A DNA stretch of 64,000 nt from Nageia nagi (taxonomy: Eukaryota; Plantae; Pinophyta). The translations under genes and the position numbers were made by a program. Positions 1-14,729 of the stretch are shown here, piece after piece. Under the pieces are notes generated by a model. That model saw only the letters and a program-made list of their open reading frames with translations, did no database searches and was not told the origin of the DNA. The stretch lies in contig JBITNC010000001.1 in assembly GCA_050084985.1 (NCBI GenBank), forward strand, positions 145,452,001 to 145,516,000, written 5' to 3'. The number at the start of each line of letters is the position of its first letter. Positions within the stretch are counted from its first letter, which is position 1.

Positions 1-3000
1 TACCTATTATATGTTATCACTTTGAATGTTGGTACTATGTAATTGAGTTTAATTCATGTTCTATAATGAAATACTCTATATGGTCATGGTTCCTAACATT
101 CAAGGCTTCATAGTGAAAGAATTGTTGGATTTCCTTTTTGTGTTTACACTTTTGAAAAAAAATGAATCTCTTTCTATTTATAATTGACTTTCCTAATTGT
201 ATCAGTGTATGAATTAGCTTATAAAATTAAATGATACATGCATATATCAAGAACATCTATGTTTATTTGTAATTAGGAGAAGTTGTCAAGATCACTAGAA
301 ATCATGTCATTATTTGAATGGAAGTATTATTGATATAGTAGTAATATTTTTTGAAAAACAAAAGTGATGCAATATTTAATTGCATCACACCATGCTCTAA
401 AGATATGGAATGTACAATTCATAGAAGAGATTTCTTTCCCTAGTTAACATGTTCTTTAAACTTGTCCTTGGGATTGATTTATGTAATTAAGTCATGGAAA
501 TAATTTCTTTCTATTAGAGGGAGGAAAGGAGTTCCAAGTTTGAGTATAAGACAAATTATAATAGTATTAAGGTATGGATTGTTTGGGCTTAAACTTACAA
601 AGGAAGTAAAATTGGCTAACCCTTAGCCCTTTATATTAAACCATAAATGGGTTACTATTGCAATTAAAAACAAAAACAAACTCATGACTGGAAAGAAACT
701 TTTAGAACTTCCTAGGAAAAAGGGGCTCTTTCTTAAACCAATAAGAACATTCCATTAAACTTTTAGTTTTATCAACTCTCCATCACTTATTAAAGGATAT
801 GTTTGTATGTGGAACCAATATTGGCAACTTATCTCACTACAAAATCAACCTTCTTGATCTTAGGTATTATCACAAATGATATAGGAAATAAAATTGAATC
901 TCATGATAGAGATTTTCCTTAAGATGATCGTGGAAGGAAACTAAGTCTAGAATTTATAAATGGAATTTGAGGAGCCTTTATAATTTGACCTTTAGGATAT
1001 GAGTTTGGATTGGATAATGAATTTACATGATATTCTTGATACCGAATTCATGTTTTCCATACTCAATAAGGGTAAGGTTTGCAATATCTTATGCAATAAG
1101 ATTTGTATTATTGAAGTGGCAATAGCACTTTACACAATCATGTCCTAATTTATTTTTGGAATGTAGTGTGAACCTTTGAAGAAGTCATATTGGATTTTTC
1201 TCTAAAAAAAAGGGAGATAAATTTCAAATTTCTTTTCTTGATAACTGTGGAACTTTAAGTATCACACATAATAACATCACAATAAATAAGATAAGGAAAT
1301 CCCTAGTGGATTTGGGTTGTGATAGTAATATATCATTGGAAATATATTAACAAGACTTTTCTAAATATGCAATACCCATAATAAAATGAGGTGTGAGGTG
1401 AAAGAAATAGTGCCCAAAATATTATTAGTTTTACTATGGGAAAATATAGTGAACATATTTTTCTATAGGATGAACACATAGAATGAAAAAAGTGTAAATT
1501 CATGATTAAGATTCCAAATATAAAATTAAATGTTCCTTTTATTACTCCAAATAAAGACTATAGACTACATGCTTAAGAAATTACAACATGGATTGTTCCT
1601 TACATACAAAATATATTGGTTTAGTGCAACTATAGTGCCCAACATCGCCATAGACAAAAGAATGATCACATGGTCTTTTCAATGGGATGAAAGATAAATG
1701 TCATATTGTTGGTATAAGGATTAGCAAAATTCTTAGTTTGGTAAACCTTAAGGATCCTCAAAAATACCATAAAGGCTTGGAGAGTTGCTAGACTATCTCT
1801 TTCCTAAGAATCAAAACTAATTCATCTATGAACCTCATGGGTTCATTTATACAACTCCTACATTCTTCAAAAGATTTGATCTAGCAATTCATAATGACTT
1901 TTCCATTAGAAGAAAAAATGAATTATACCTTGAGGCACTCATGAGATAATAGGAAGTAAGCACATACCTCTCTCAATTCCATAGGTGAAGGAGGATATGG
2001 CTAAGATAAAATAGTGTAAAAATGAGTAGCAAGCTAAAAATGGTGACTAACAATGAGTAGCAAGATAAAAATACTTGAAGAAACTATAATCATATATACA
2101 AAATTTGAACTCCATGAATTGAGAAAATGCATAAAGAGCAGGTTGCATGTTTAAGACATTAAAGTGGAGTTGTTGAAGGATTAATGGAATTATAGGTGTG
2201 TACTATAGGAGATGGAGTATTGCAGCTTCTAGAAGAAGTGGAGGACCATGCCTTTCTATGTAAAGGATCCATGAACAAAGTTTAATTGGTTCTCTTTGTT
2301 GTACTACTATAGGTGGGAGAAGTACATGAAATATTATAGTCTCAAAAAATCATTGCAATTTGAAATGGAGGGTGCACAAATGGAAGTTTGTGTGCTCTCC
2401 TTTAACTTTTTTCTATTTCTACATGGCATGGAATATGAAGTGCCTAACTAATTTCTTCCATAAAAATTAAAATATTACAAAATTAAAATTAAGGAAATTA
2501 TATTCCCTTAATCAAAGCACACTCAAGTCACTATTTTAAGTGATGTAAATTATAATATACAAGGTTAAGGTTTTTTATAACATGAACAAGGGCTAAATAA
2601 AAGATAATGGATTGAATCATTAAGTCCTAATGTGATACAGAGAGGAGCAAAGTCAACCTAGGATTTAGTGAAGTTGAATCATAGGGAGATGAAGATGAAG
2701 AGGATGTTGTTATGGTCAACCTTGGTTTCTATAGTCTTGATGATATGTTTAACCCTCAAGGCTATGATGTGATGTTGGATAAAATATGATAGGGATCCAT
2801 GGGTATATAGCTAAGCTATGAACTTTTAGAATTGCACAACTTGGAAAGATGTATGGATTCTTTGAGCCCAAGATGTTAAAGCATATGAAGTCATGATAAG
2901 GGTCAACCCAAATAGTTGGTCATTAGAGGATCAAAGTATACTAGATAACTTAACAAACATACATGATATATTAGACACTAGTTTTAATTTATCTTTTGAT

Positions 3001-3520
3001 TCTTACCTTTTTCCTATGGATATTGAATCTATTTTTTCATATGGAATAACCTTTATTCACAAAGGATCTATTTATTTTATTTTTAGATTTTCATTTTCTC
3101 CATCTAAGATTTAAGGGATTTTTAATTCTAAATCACTATTTAAGCTTCAATAAAACTCTTAGGATAGTTTTATTCCTAGTGAATTTGATTTATATACTAA
3201 CTTTTTTAGGTTATTTGAAAAATATGCTAAATTAGTGAAGGGACATGAGATAAACTCTCTAGGTTATAAGGAATTATGTTTTAAATATTTTTACCCTTGT
3301 TCTAAATTTGGTACTAAATGTACATACCTTCAAATTCATTAGGAGATATCTCTTTATCCAGTCCTCTTATGAGGTAGGGTTCTTCTATGGCATTTGTTGC
3401 ATTGGGAGGGATCTCTCTATGATGACCTCCTATGGGGTATGATATTTTGGGATTTTATACCTTTTTTTGTTTAGTATTTCTCTTAGTATAAACCTTCTAC
3501 TAGAGGAGAATATTATGTTG
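1..3520. mobile_element. Heavily decayed retroelement-like DNA, probably an old Ty3/gypsy internal region
   Basis: Only weak traces, e.g. about 1770-1830 resembles the integrase C-terminal 'GxVAYRLxLP' region. No long ORF. Confidence 0.25.
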
Positions 3521-5652
3521 GAAAACACCAATTTTTTCAAATTTAAACCCATATTTTTCTTGGTATAAATTCCATATGTTCCTTTTTGTGAGGAAAATTT
3601 TGAACTCTATTTTGAGAAGCAATAATATTTTTAAATTTTAGGTCCATATTTAAAACTAGGAAACTATAGCATTCTAATTTTAGCTCTTAACTTTACAAGG
3701 GGTCATGGTAGGGAGGAGATTGATAAACCCTATGTCTTAATAACTTTTTTGGAGTAATATTTTCTATATTTCAATCTACAAGGTTGGAGATCCTTTCAAA
3801 ATCCATATTTTTAATATAATAAAAAAATTAAAAAGTGTTATTTTCTATTTATAATTTTTGATATTGTAACCTATTTACCAAATTGGCTCCAAAACATCAA
3901 GTAATAATATTTGGTAAACTCTAGGAGTTTTCTCTTTATGGATTGAAGGTTTTAGTATAGAGAAGTGTCCTTGAGTCTTATATGGATAGATTATTTGGGC
4001 TTCCAATAGCCTTATGATATATTTTATAATAACTTACAACCTCTCCATATAAGTTTTTTTTTTTTATAAGATGAAGCATAATTTCTTATCTTAACCTGTG
4101 AAAAGAGGCTTATATTTTCCTAAATATTCATTTGTATGTAAAGGAGTCGATTGATATTGTAGTGGGTGATCATGCATTTATTTACTAAATTATGCATTAT
4201 TACTTTGTTAAATAATTAATTTGTATAATTCAATAACTACAATATCAAATATTTCCCTTTATCAAAAAATTAACAAGAGTAACCTCATCCTATGTACTAG
4301 AGCAAAATTCTCGATTGATTAATGTTAGGTTTTAGCATTTTCATATAAAATTGAGAAATTAGTCCTTACACTCCTTGGAAAAAGAATAAATAAGAAAAAC
4401 AATAAGCAAACACATCAAGTAATAGAGGTAATAGATTAACATGTAGGTTCAACCAATGTGAGCTACATCCATAGAGAAGATTTCAACCCTTGTATTGAAT
4501 CAATATTCCAAAGGATCCAAGAAACACACTAGAAATATAAATTTTCTACAAAACCTTCCTTTGGAGTATAATCATGACCTCACTACAAATTTCTCAAACT
4601 CTCAAACTAGAAAAAAAATTAAGATAATAAGAAATAAGCTCGAAACTACATACCAAAACTACATCATACCCTCAATACAAGATCCTCAATTTATAGGAGA
4701 TATACCATCCCAATTTGACCCTATAAGGGTCAAAGAAGCCATGGGTAAATATACCAACCTAATTATAATTACCATCCATAAAATTAAATATTTAAGAGAA
4801 GTGATTTTAGGTACCCAAAATGGAGTTTAATATTCTCTATTTTCAAATCGGCATGCATTAGACTAGTTAGCACCTTGTGATAAACCTCTAATAGATAGAT
4901 TAATATTCTAGTTCCCAAAATATCCCCTTCACTAATAAACATATTGGTTGGCTGATAAACCTACTAATCCTTGTATGATTCACCCTCAAGTAACCAATTA
5001 GAAATAGAGTGTGAGAATTTAAACTTAGCCCATAAATCAAGCTCCATACTTAACAATTAATATTAAGATTTTTGATTGGATTTTTGTCTATCATGAGAAA
5101 CCAATAAGTAAAATCCCTTTATAAATACAATCCAAAGATAATATTAAGCTTTAAAACTAATTTCTCTATATTACTCCTAGCTTGTCTCAATTATACCTAA
5201 GTTTTCAAAGCCCTCACACACCTTATCATTGCCACCTTAATAAAATAATCCTAATTCATTTATTTTTATTTATCCATATTTTCCTAATTCAATTTAATTA
5301 TATTTTTAGAGTATAGACAATCCTATATTATATAGATATCCTTACCCTTAATTTTTATTTATGTGGTTGTATTGATATCTACAAATCCATACCAATTTCA
5401 TATCATCATAATGTTTAGATATGTTGAACATCTAGGTTTTAATTCACTTAATATTTTATCATAGATTTTGTTCATGGCTTCATAAATTTTGATGATATTA
5501 AGTACCCTTATATGTATATATAGTTATAAAATGCATAAGTAATACTAAGGTACATAAATAATTTATAAATTACTAAAATCCCATTTCATCCATCAAGTAT
5601 CTCCCATACCTAAATCCTATAAAAATAGGTGAACAATATTAATTTATATAAC

Positions 5653-6377
5653 TATTATAACCAAAATAATAATAATTAGGGTTATTTACAAAATATTAAA
5701 TTTGCTAATTAACTATGAAATAATAGTAAATAAATGACATGAAAGATGAAAATGACCTAATTGACCCTAACCTATCAAAACTAGATTTACAAAAGATACA
5801 AACATGTATTTTAACTGTGATGATGAATGGAGCAAAATTTAAATCAAAAGTGGATGAATGACAATCTTCTCCAAAATATAGAGCCATGAATTTGACCTCA
5901 ACCTAGCAATAATGTTAGAAACCCAATGATATCACATGGTTACCATTCCATAATACCTTTCCCTTTTGCTTGATGCCATCATCCCACCTTTGATGCATAG
6001 AATATCCCTCACAACGGGATGAAAGATCATAGGAATGCAAAGCTAAGAGTATAACAAATCTAAATATGATATGTGGTATTAAGAAATACTAATAAAAATT
6101 GATATAAGTATATTACCATCTATCAAGGATTCAAGATTATGTCATATCATGTCATCTCTTTGGTCATGCATAACCCCTCCACCTTTATAGGAAATAGGTT
6201 TAGTGCTAAGCCTTCTCCTCAAGTTTATTGTGATGTCGAGTCGACCTATTACCACAAAACATAAAGGTAGATGAGAGTGCATATGGAAAGAGAATTTATT
6301 TAATAAATCATATAAATTATTTTAAATACCTAAAAGAGGATTTTAATTAAATTAAAATTACTTTTTAGGTGTTAATA
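5653..6377 (-). repeat. 3' LTR of element A
   Basis: Colinear with 18631-19356 over its whole length (roughly 80% by eye). Confidence 0.9.
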
Positions 6378-7049
6378 GATGCCCCAATTTGAATACATTT
6401 TCATACTTTTGGGAAAAAAGGTAATCAAAGCATGAATTCAAAGTATAACAAGAAAAGTAAGAAATTACTCCCTAAAAAGTTATCTCCCAGCAACAACTTT
6501 GGATGCCCTAATTTTTTATCTATGTTATGCCTCCTATTTGACTTGGTTGCAAAATGATGGACCTCTCATCAAAGGATGAATACAAGGCAAAGAAAATGGA
6601 AGCTGAAAAGAGCTTAGATAAGAAATGGTTTTATGTAATATATCTCAAATATATACATTGAACATCATGATATGGAAATTATGGTAAGAAAGGCAAACTT
6701 ATCCTTGGTGATTTACCCATCAAGATTTTATGAAGATGATAACCAATACGAATGAGGAAAATGATACAAACACTAATTTGAAAAATGAAATACCATATTG
6801 ATATGTTTATGATATGCATTATTTGATAAGAAATATTTTATGAAATGAAATGAAAGTAAAGGAATAAAATACGTTTTTTGATGTTTTATCATGATTATGA
6901 AGAAACAACAATTTTTGGATATTTTTGACCAGTTAAGTCCAACAAAATCGCTAGAAACTCAACAACATCACTAGATTATATCCTTATTTTCCTAAAATGT
7001 TAGTATGAAAAGATGAAGAAATGCATATTTTTACAAAAAATATTAGACA

Positions 7050-8060
7050 TAAATATTTTTCAAATGCATAATGTTAATTATATTACATTCTTGATTGCCT
7101 TAAATTGTAGATAATTTATATGCACCTTTTTTATAATTTGCAATGATAATGTAAGGACCTATCCAGTTAGGTTTGCACTTATCTTTCTTGTCATTCTTCA
7201 TAGCTTTAGTGTTGGAAATGTTTTCTTTTAAGACTAGGTCACTAAATTTGAGCTCTTTAGTCTTCATCTTTTTGCTAAAGACTTTTTTGAAACTAGAATG
7301 GTAGAAATAAAGGTGTTCTAAGGCATTAATAGGTTTTTCATCTAGTACCTCTAGTTAGGCTAATCTAGATTTTCTACTATCCTCATTAGGAATGAGGCCA
7401 TGTAGTGAAACATTAAGAGATGATATTCCTAACTCAAGGGGAACTTAGACTTCATTGCCATACATCAATGAGAAAGGATTTTCCCCTACAAAAGTTCATA
7501 TACTTATTATTTATGATCACAAAGCATAAAGGAGTTTTTAATGCCAGTGTTTACAATATTTTGTAATAATTTTGGATAAGATACTCTTAATGGCCTTGTT
7601 AGAGGCCTTAGCTTGACCATTACCTTGGGCATAATATGGGGTGGAGAACTTCCGTTCAATATGATATTTAACAAAAATTCTTTAAATTCATTATTTTTAA
7701 AGCTTGGACCATTATCCATGAATAATTTAAAAGGCACACCATATTTAGAAAATATAAACTCAACAAGAAATTCAACAATCTTACCTCCTCTTGCAGACTT
7801 CATGGGTATAGCCTCCACCCATTTTGTGAAGTATTTTGTAGTGGTAATGATAAAATTATGGCCATCTCTTGAAACAAGGTTAATTTTACCAATAAAATCA
7901 AGTGCCCAAATATAAAAATACCAAGGAGATACAATATAATACAAATCATGAGAAGGAGAAGGTTGAATACTAGCATTCTTTTGACATTGTTCATATTTAT
8001 TGATATGTAATTCACAATGTTCAAGCATAGTGGGCCAATAATAACCTATTCTAAGACTCT
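7050..8060 (-). pseudogene. Integrase remnant of element A
   Basis: ORF 7507-8028 contains PW..WALDFIG, YFTKWVEAIP and YGVP..LFMDNGPSF. GPY/F motif PNWIGPY near 7150-7170. Frameshifts and stops present. Confidence 0.9.
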
Positions 8061-8061
8061 T

Positions 8062-8775
8062 TTAATAAATAAATTTAGCACAAAAGTATCCACCACATTC
8101 ACCATCATGAGCTTGAGGAAGGGCCATGTCTACTTTATGCCTCATTAAACATCTAAGAAGAGCACCATCAAAAGACCTTCTATACAACAAATAACCTACG
8201 ATGACATACTTAGTTGCTAGCTTTTTGACTCTAATTCTAAGAACAACATATTGATACCATTCATACACATTGATACAAGTAGCAAAATAGTAATGATCCT
8301 CAATTAAATCTTCAACAACATACTCATGAGAAGGCTTACCTATATTTTTGATTATAAGGATAGTCTCTTCATATTTTATGTTAATAGGAGCAAGGGAAGT
8401 AACACTATCCATTGCATCAACATACCTATTATTTTCTCTTGGCATGTTGTCAATTTCATACTCATTGAAGTAGATGAGGAAATTCTCTACCATTTCTTCA
8501 TGTGGTAGTAACTTGGGATCTTTGGTATTGTAGATGTTGGAAATTTTATTCACAATTAGTTGAGAGTCACTAAATATTTTGATACTTTTTACTCTCAGAA
8601 GTATTACAATTTTTAGACCTAAAATTAAAGCCTCATATTCTACCATGTACTTAGTACAATCAAAACTTAAATGATAACACATAGGGATAACATCACCATG
8701 AGGATTGATGAGAATAATTCCTACCCTTAGTTCATGAATGTACTTAAAACCATCAAATATCAAGGTATGGTCCAC
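8062..8775 (-). pseudogene. Additional (archaeal-type) RNase H and integrase zinc-finger start of element A
   Basis: LIFDG...GIILINPHG...FDCT..EYEALILGL...SDSQLIV...PRENNRYVD, then AHDGECGG. An aRH between RH and INT is typical of Tat/Ogre/Retand. Confidence 0.88.
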
Positions 8776-8949
8776 TCATCATTTTCCATCAAACCAACAA
8801 AAACATGTGGGAATTCAGGCTCAAGAATTGTGTGGTAGCCTAAGAATGCAGTGGTAGAGGTAAGTTTATGGTTGTTTTAGCCATTCACTTCATATGAAAA
8901 TTCTTCCTACATGTTGGATACTTCATTTCATGGGTGATTTGTAATGAAA

Positions 8950-9749
8950 TCTACTATCACTTATCCCTTTATCAACTTCTGAGTGATAAAGACCAAATTA
9001 AATTCTTGAAGCAACATTACCCATTTTGTAGCCCTTCCAAACAAGCAAGATTTGGACATGAGATATCTAAGAGGATTAACATGAGCTATTACATAATCTA
9101 TATTTACAATCATGTAATATCTTAAATTTTATATTGACAAGACTATGGTAAAACACATATTTTCTATTGGAGTATACCTTATCTCATAATAAAGTAAAGT
9201 CTTACTCATATTGAAGATTGCTCTTTCCTTGTTATTGTCATTCTTTAAGCTAACATTTTCCCTAATGCACTTAATGTTGTTGAAACATAAAATCACAAAA
9301 TATTTTATATTATAAGGGCCTAATACTGAAGAATTAGTAAGGTACCTTTTGATGTTATCCAAATCCTTTTGACACTTTTCATCCCAAATGAATTTCTCAC
9401 CTTTCTTCAACAAATGAGAAAATGTGGAAGTCATATCTACTAGCTGGGTAATGAACCTTATGACTACTTGAACTTTTCCTTGAATATTTTGAATCTCTTT
9501 TAAATTCTTAGGAGGCAAATCAATAATTACTAAAACATTTTTTGATCCACCTCTATGCCTCTCCTTGAAATAATGAACCCAAATAATTTACCTTATGAGA
9601 CTACAAATGCACATTTTTGAGGTTTCAACTTCAACTTGTATTCTCTAATCCAATGAGAAATATTTATTAAATCTAAAATGTGATTATATTTGATTGTGAA
9701 TTTAGCTAGTATGTCATCAACATACACCTCAACATTATCATGGAACATA
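8950..9749 (-). pseudogene. RT C-terminal half and RNase H/connection remnant of element A
   Basis: VEVYVDDIL at about 9707-9733; ORF 9129-9518 contains PPKNLKEIQ...FIWDEKCQ...RYTPIENMC. Confidence 0.88.
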
Positions 9750-9754
9750 CTTAC

Positions 9755-10436
9755 TATATACACTAAATAATGTGATGGTGTAGTTAATTAGGGGAATTAA
9801 CACATGCACTATTTGTTCTATTAGTTAGTTGACATAAAATAGGAATATGAAAATAGATGATTAAGCATAAAAGTTCATTTCATTAATATGCATATTCAAT
9901 TGATCAAGGAAAGGCATACATTAAGAATGAGTAATATCATATACACTAGTACGATGTTGGTGTCCTAGTAACAGTATGCCATTGGCATCATGTTAATAAT
10001 CAAATTAAAGATGCAACAAAATATGAAATGATAAGTGAATGAATGATTTATCAATATAATGAAAGTATGATAATTCTTGAGATTACATATTCACTTATTA
10101 TAGATAAGAATACTTCCAAAGGTTTGCTTTGCAAATGATGTTTGAGTCCTTGATTCTCTATCCAATCTTTAGTTGATAGAAGCCTTGGGTCTTTTGTAAT
10201 ATTCCTCTTGCCTAGTCTCCTCCTGACAATAATCCCTTCCTCTATCTTTGTATGTATTTAATGCCTTTATATAGGGATGCTTATATTATAGGACTTGACA
10301 CCTTGTATAATCCACAAAGGTCAAATATATGGCCTACACCTCTTTTATACATTTTAAATCCCTTTTTAAATAATACATTGTTAAGAGATTAAAATAATTT
10401 ATTAAATACATAAAAGTTCATTTTGAGGCATCTACA
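9755..10436 (-). repeat. 3' LTR of element B
   Basis: About 682 bp, colinear with 16926-17608; ends ggcatctaca on the + strand. Confidence 0.93.
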
Positions 10437-10450
10437 TTTTCCCCTCTTTG
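10437..10450 (-). promoter_or_regulatory. Polypurine tract of B
   Basis: Minus strand reads caaagaggggaaaa immediately before TGTAGATGCC. Confidence 0.85.
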
Positions 10451-10999
10451 TATGTGTGATTAAAGTAATGAAATTACATATCCAAAGAAGAAGTCAAGAT
10501 ATAGAATTTTTTTTTTTATCTTTTTACTGATGTTGTCTTTTGTTGAAGATGAATGATTGATGTTGAGGGACCTTGTGTTACCCCATTTTGACTTGGGTTC
10601 CTTAGGAAAGATCCTTGAGTGGAATAGCCAAGACAAAAGTTTCTGAAAATCTATCTTTATGAATACTATTTGGATGATATTTGGATGACTATAAAAATTT
10701 ATATCCAAGGTTGGAGATGGAAAATATGATTTGCCTCCCTTATACTATTTCAATCATGAATATAGTTATTCCATTATGTTTGATACTTGAGAACCATTTG
10801 CACTTATATCCATACCTTGAAATAGAGAGGTTACACTTTGGATTGGTGGAAATAACAATAAAATGTACACCACCAATGGCCCAACAGATTGTGAGCATGG
10901 TGTTGGCACCCTGGTTTTGATTATAATTTTATTCTATTTTGTTGGATCTGTGTACCTATAATAAAATGTTAATCATAAAATAATGATGGATGTGAAATA

Positions 11000-11700
11000 A
11001 TTTATTTTATCCATTGGACATGATCCAATATTAACATCTTGCTCACAGATGCATCATCGATTTATCTTTTAAATGAGTGAACTCTCACTAGCTGTATCGA
11101 TGATCATACATTTGTATGTCTATGATCTAAAGATAGTATGCTTTATATGGGTTCAAAGAAAAAACCATGTGGATACACATTAAAATGTATCATAAATTAG
11201 ATATTATCCAATATCAATAAATTACTCATAGCTACATTGTCGGTTTACTTTTAAGTGAGTTAAATCTCACTAGCCATATCGTTGGCCATTAGTGATGCAT
11301 TTTTATGTCCATGATTGAAAGATAATATGCTTTATATGGGTTCAAAGAAAAATCCATGTTTATACACAATAAAATGTATCATATATTAGAGATGATCCAA
11401 CATAAAAAAATTGCTTATGGTTGCATCATCGGTTTACTTTTAAGTGAGTGAACTCTCACTAGCTGTATCATTGACTATTAATGATCATGCATTTTTAAGT
11501 CCATGATTCAAAGATAATATGCTTTAGATGGGTTCAAAGCAAAAAACCATGTGGATACACAAAAAAATTTATTATCCATTAGAGATGATCCAATGTCAAC
11601 AAATTGCTCATGGTTGCATCATTGATTTACTTTTAAGTGAGTGAACTCTCACTAGCCATATCAATGGCCATCGATGATCATGTGTTTTGATTTCCATGTT
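11000..11700. repeat. Tandem array of about four ~185 bp units in the 3' region of B
   Basis: Anchor gtgagtgaactctcactag recurs near 11075, 11255, 11445 and 11637; tgggttcaaag occurs three times. Confidence 0.9.
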
Positions 11701-13283
11701 TTGAATATATTAGCCATAATAAGCAAGGATGAAATAAATATAATATATTATAATATTCTGAGCTATAATGATCAAATTTCCTCATATTCAAACCTATAAA
11801 GTTTTGAGAGCTTGAGTTTAATTTTTCATAAAGGATGTACACCATTGGCGCCATGAAAATAGGTTAATGTACATCATCAATGCCATGTGGATAGTCTTCC
11901 ATACCATTGACATCATAGGATTTCTTGAATTTAGCTAAAATAAAACTATCTTGACTACTATTATCCAAAATTTGTTGATTCACCAAACTTATAGCTAAAT
12001 ATGAGATTACCCTTGGTTAATGATAAAAAAGGGGTAAGGCAAGCCATCTTTTCATATGCATGAACACACATTGCATCACCACATCATCACATCATCATTT
12101 GGGTGATATTCATGAATCACCAACACATGGAGGAGAATATATTTATTCAAAGCTACAAGAAATATAGCACATAATGCAAAGTGAAGTCTAGAAGGGGAGA
12201 TAATACCCCATCGATCTGCATATTTCTTCATGTCGACTTTAGGTCAATTAATAGATGTCGATTTATTCACTTGACATGCATCAATTCATGTTAACAAATA
12301 TAAAACTTTCCAAATATTAATTTAACATTCTTAATAACCTCAAATGAAAATAGAAAAAAAAAATCCATACTTCATGATGGAAGCATAATTTTTGTATTGG
12401 TCCTCATGCTAGAAAGGTGCAATTAAGGATAAGTATAGGAGGGTTTTTAATCATTTGAGTAACTCATGGATTGGTATACCACTAATGAATTGATGTTAGT
12501 ACACCACCAACATCATGAAATAAGTGGATAAAGTCATCCAATTAAGTAGTGCCTTCATATGTCACCAAATCTTACAAATATCATGGGCCTACAGCTTCCT
12601 AGGAATAACCTTCTTGAAGATATAATTTTACCTTGCCAAATGACTAAAATCAAATATACATAATTCAATTTTTTTTTTTTTATATCATAAATAAGTATCC
12701 ATTATCATATGAAAAACTATCAATTGATGAAAATGAACTAGGCATATTGGAAACTCATCTAAATAACAAATTAGCACATCACCTAAACCTAATATAAATT
12801 TTAGTGAAAAATACAAATAAAGTGATCTTTACTTGAGACATGTAGGTGTCATTTGAATAAATTTTGACAATAATTAGATCCAAAATTTAATAATAGCACA
12901 CAAAACTCAAGAGAAATGGACACTACCAGCACCATGCAAATGGTAATTTTTAGTATTCGAAAAAGGATAAGAGAATTGAAATTTTTACAAGGCCAATAAG
13001 CCCTCCACATAAGGATTCACAAATTGTATGTCAAAAAAGAAGTGATGCCCTAATTTAAAACCACAAATTCAACTTATAAAATCAATTTTTTATAAAAATA
13101 GGTCATTTTGACCTTGACACTCTTGCCATTTGGAGCTCTAACAAGTAGGCATTGACTTTGTCACTGAACTAGCCAATTTTTCCACCTTGCTAGCAATGTT
13201 GCACTATTGGAGTATCCATTCCATCCATAATTTTAACACATCAAGTAGGAGGATGTCCATACAAGATCTAATACTATGTAGTT

Positions 13284-13998
13284 ATGGTTTCCATTGATTG
13301 GGGGAGTATCCAACAATTGATTATGGGGAGGACATGTCATCTAGTGAAGTATCTCCGCAGTCTGCCAATCAAGCATGCGGTAAGTAGATTCAAACTTGAA
13401 ATATTATAATTTTATTATCCATGAGTGGAGAGGATGGAATAACAAACCCAGGTGTTACCTTGTAGGATTGCAACTAGTTAAGAAATATTCTACTTGTAGT
13501 GCTTCATGATTTTCAAATTTTAAATGTACCTAATGAAAGACTAATTGGCATTATGTATGATATGATAGGGGTGTCAGATGCATAGGTAGTAGCCATGGAG
13601 GTTGAGCTAGCTAGACTGAGGCTAATGGAGACCGAGTTAACATGTCTTCAACCATTAAGGTAGAGTTGGATATGATGAGGGATACACTTATAATGCAGGA
13701 TGCAAAGGTGGGTTCACTATCTCAAATAATGAAGGGTATCCAAGATAGGCTCACCATGCCCCCACCAAATAAACAATGGGCATTCATGCAAAGTTAGCAT
13801 GATTAAATTGTAGCTTAGGCTCTAGATATATGTATACTTTGGGCCAATTTTATGAGGTAAAAGACACTTTTGAAGACTCACAGACTCACAATGAGTGATA
13901 TCTCAAGTGGAGTGTCCATATATAGAGCTAGTGGTAGTGGTAGGAGAGTACACTTTAGGAGTGAGACATCTAGTAGTGGTACTAGTGCCCACCCATAG
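13284..13998 (+). pseudogene. Antisense gene remnant in B: first and last exons of the PMD-type gene seen in C, central domain missing
   Basis: MVSIDWGSIQQLIMGRTCHLVKYLRSLPIKHA followed by GTAAGT (13380); later MPPPNKQWAFMQS. Both segments match the antisense gene of C. Confidence 0.7.
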
Positions 13999-14729
13999 TA
14001 TTGAATGATGTAGGCTAAGGCCTATGTATACCTATTTTATATCAAACATGCTAAACATGCACACATTATGTTATGTACAATTGATAATGACTAAAAGACA
14101 TACACACAAATTGAAATGACACACAACCTGAAGGAACAAAGATACCTTGGAGAAACCAGTAAAGGTCAGGAGGGTGTATGTGAGCATAGATATCATGACA
14201 CAACCTAGGATTAGGCTAGAGGTTAAGGCACATTATTTAGAATGATAAAAAGTGGATTTTAAACATTCTATCTTGGGAAAACCATGATGTTAGTGCCCTA
14301 ACATAGAGATAGTAGGGCATTGGCATTGTGCATAGAGAGGAATTGGATCCCTAGATTATGGACAAAGGAAGAAAAGATGGACATAAAGAAGAAAAATCAA
14401 TATATTGGTGAACACATAGAACAAGAAAGCAAAAAGAGACAAAAATATCCCTAGCTACTAATATACACTGATTGTGATGTCAAAAAGAGCTCAAGGAATA
14501 ACTTTATGTACCTAAGGAGATTTCACCACCCAAATACACTATATAGAGGTAGTGACAAAAAGAGGCACTTTTGTACTAGTCATCCCCATGCCGTTGGCAC
14601 TTTGAAAGAAAGAATACATGCCACTAGTGCATCACCTTTTGATTCCATTCTTGTTCTTGTTTGGAGGAGGATGCCTATATGCATGAATGTTAGTTGAAAA
14701 AGAATGTAAATTATAGGAAATACTTACTG

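Noticed and set aside
4206-5652. ORF 4495-4830 as a gene
   Set aside because: No recognisable domain; the region looks like old LTR-derived sequence with unresolved ends.
11000-11700. Retrozyme/hammerhead ribozyme array
   Set aside because: No CTGA(N)GA plus GAAA catalytic core was found in the units on either strand.
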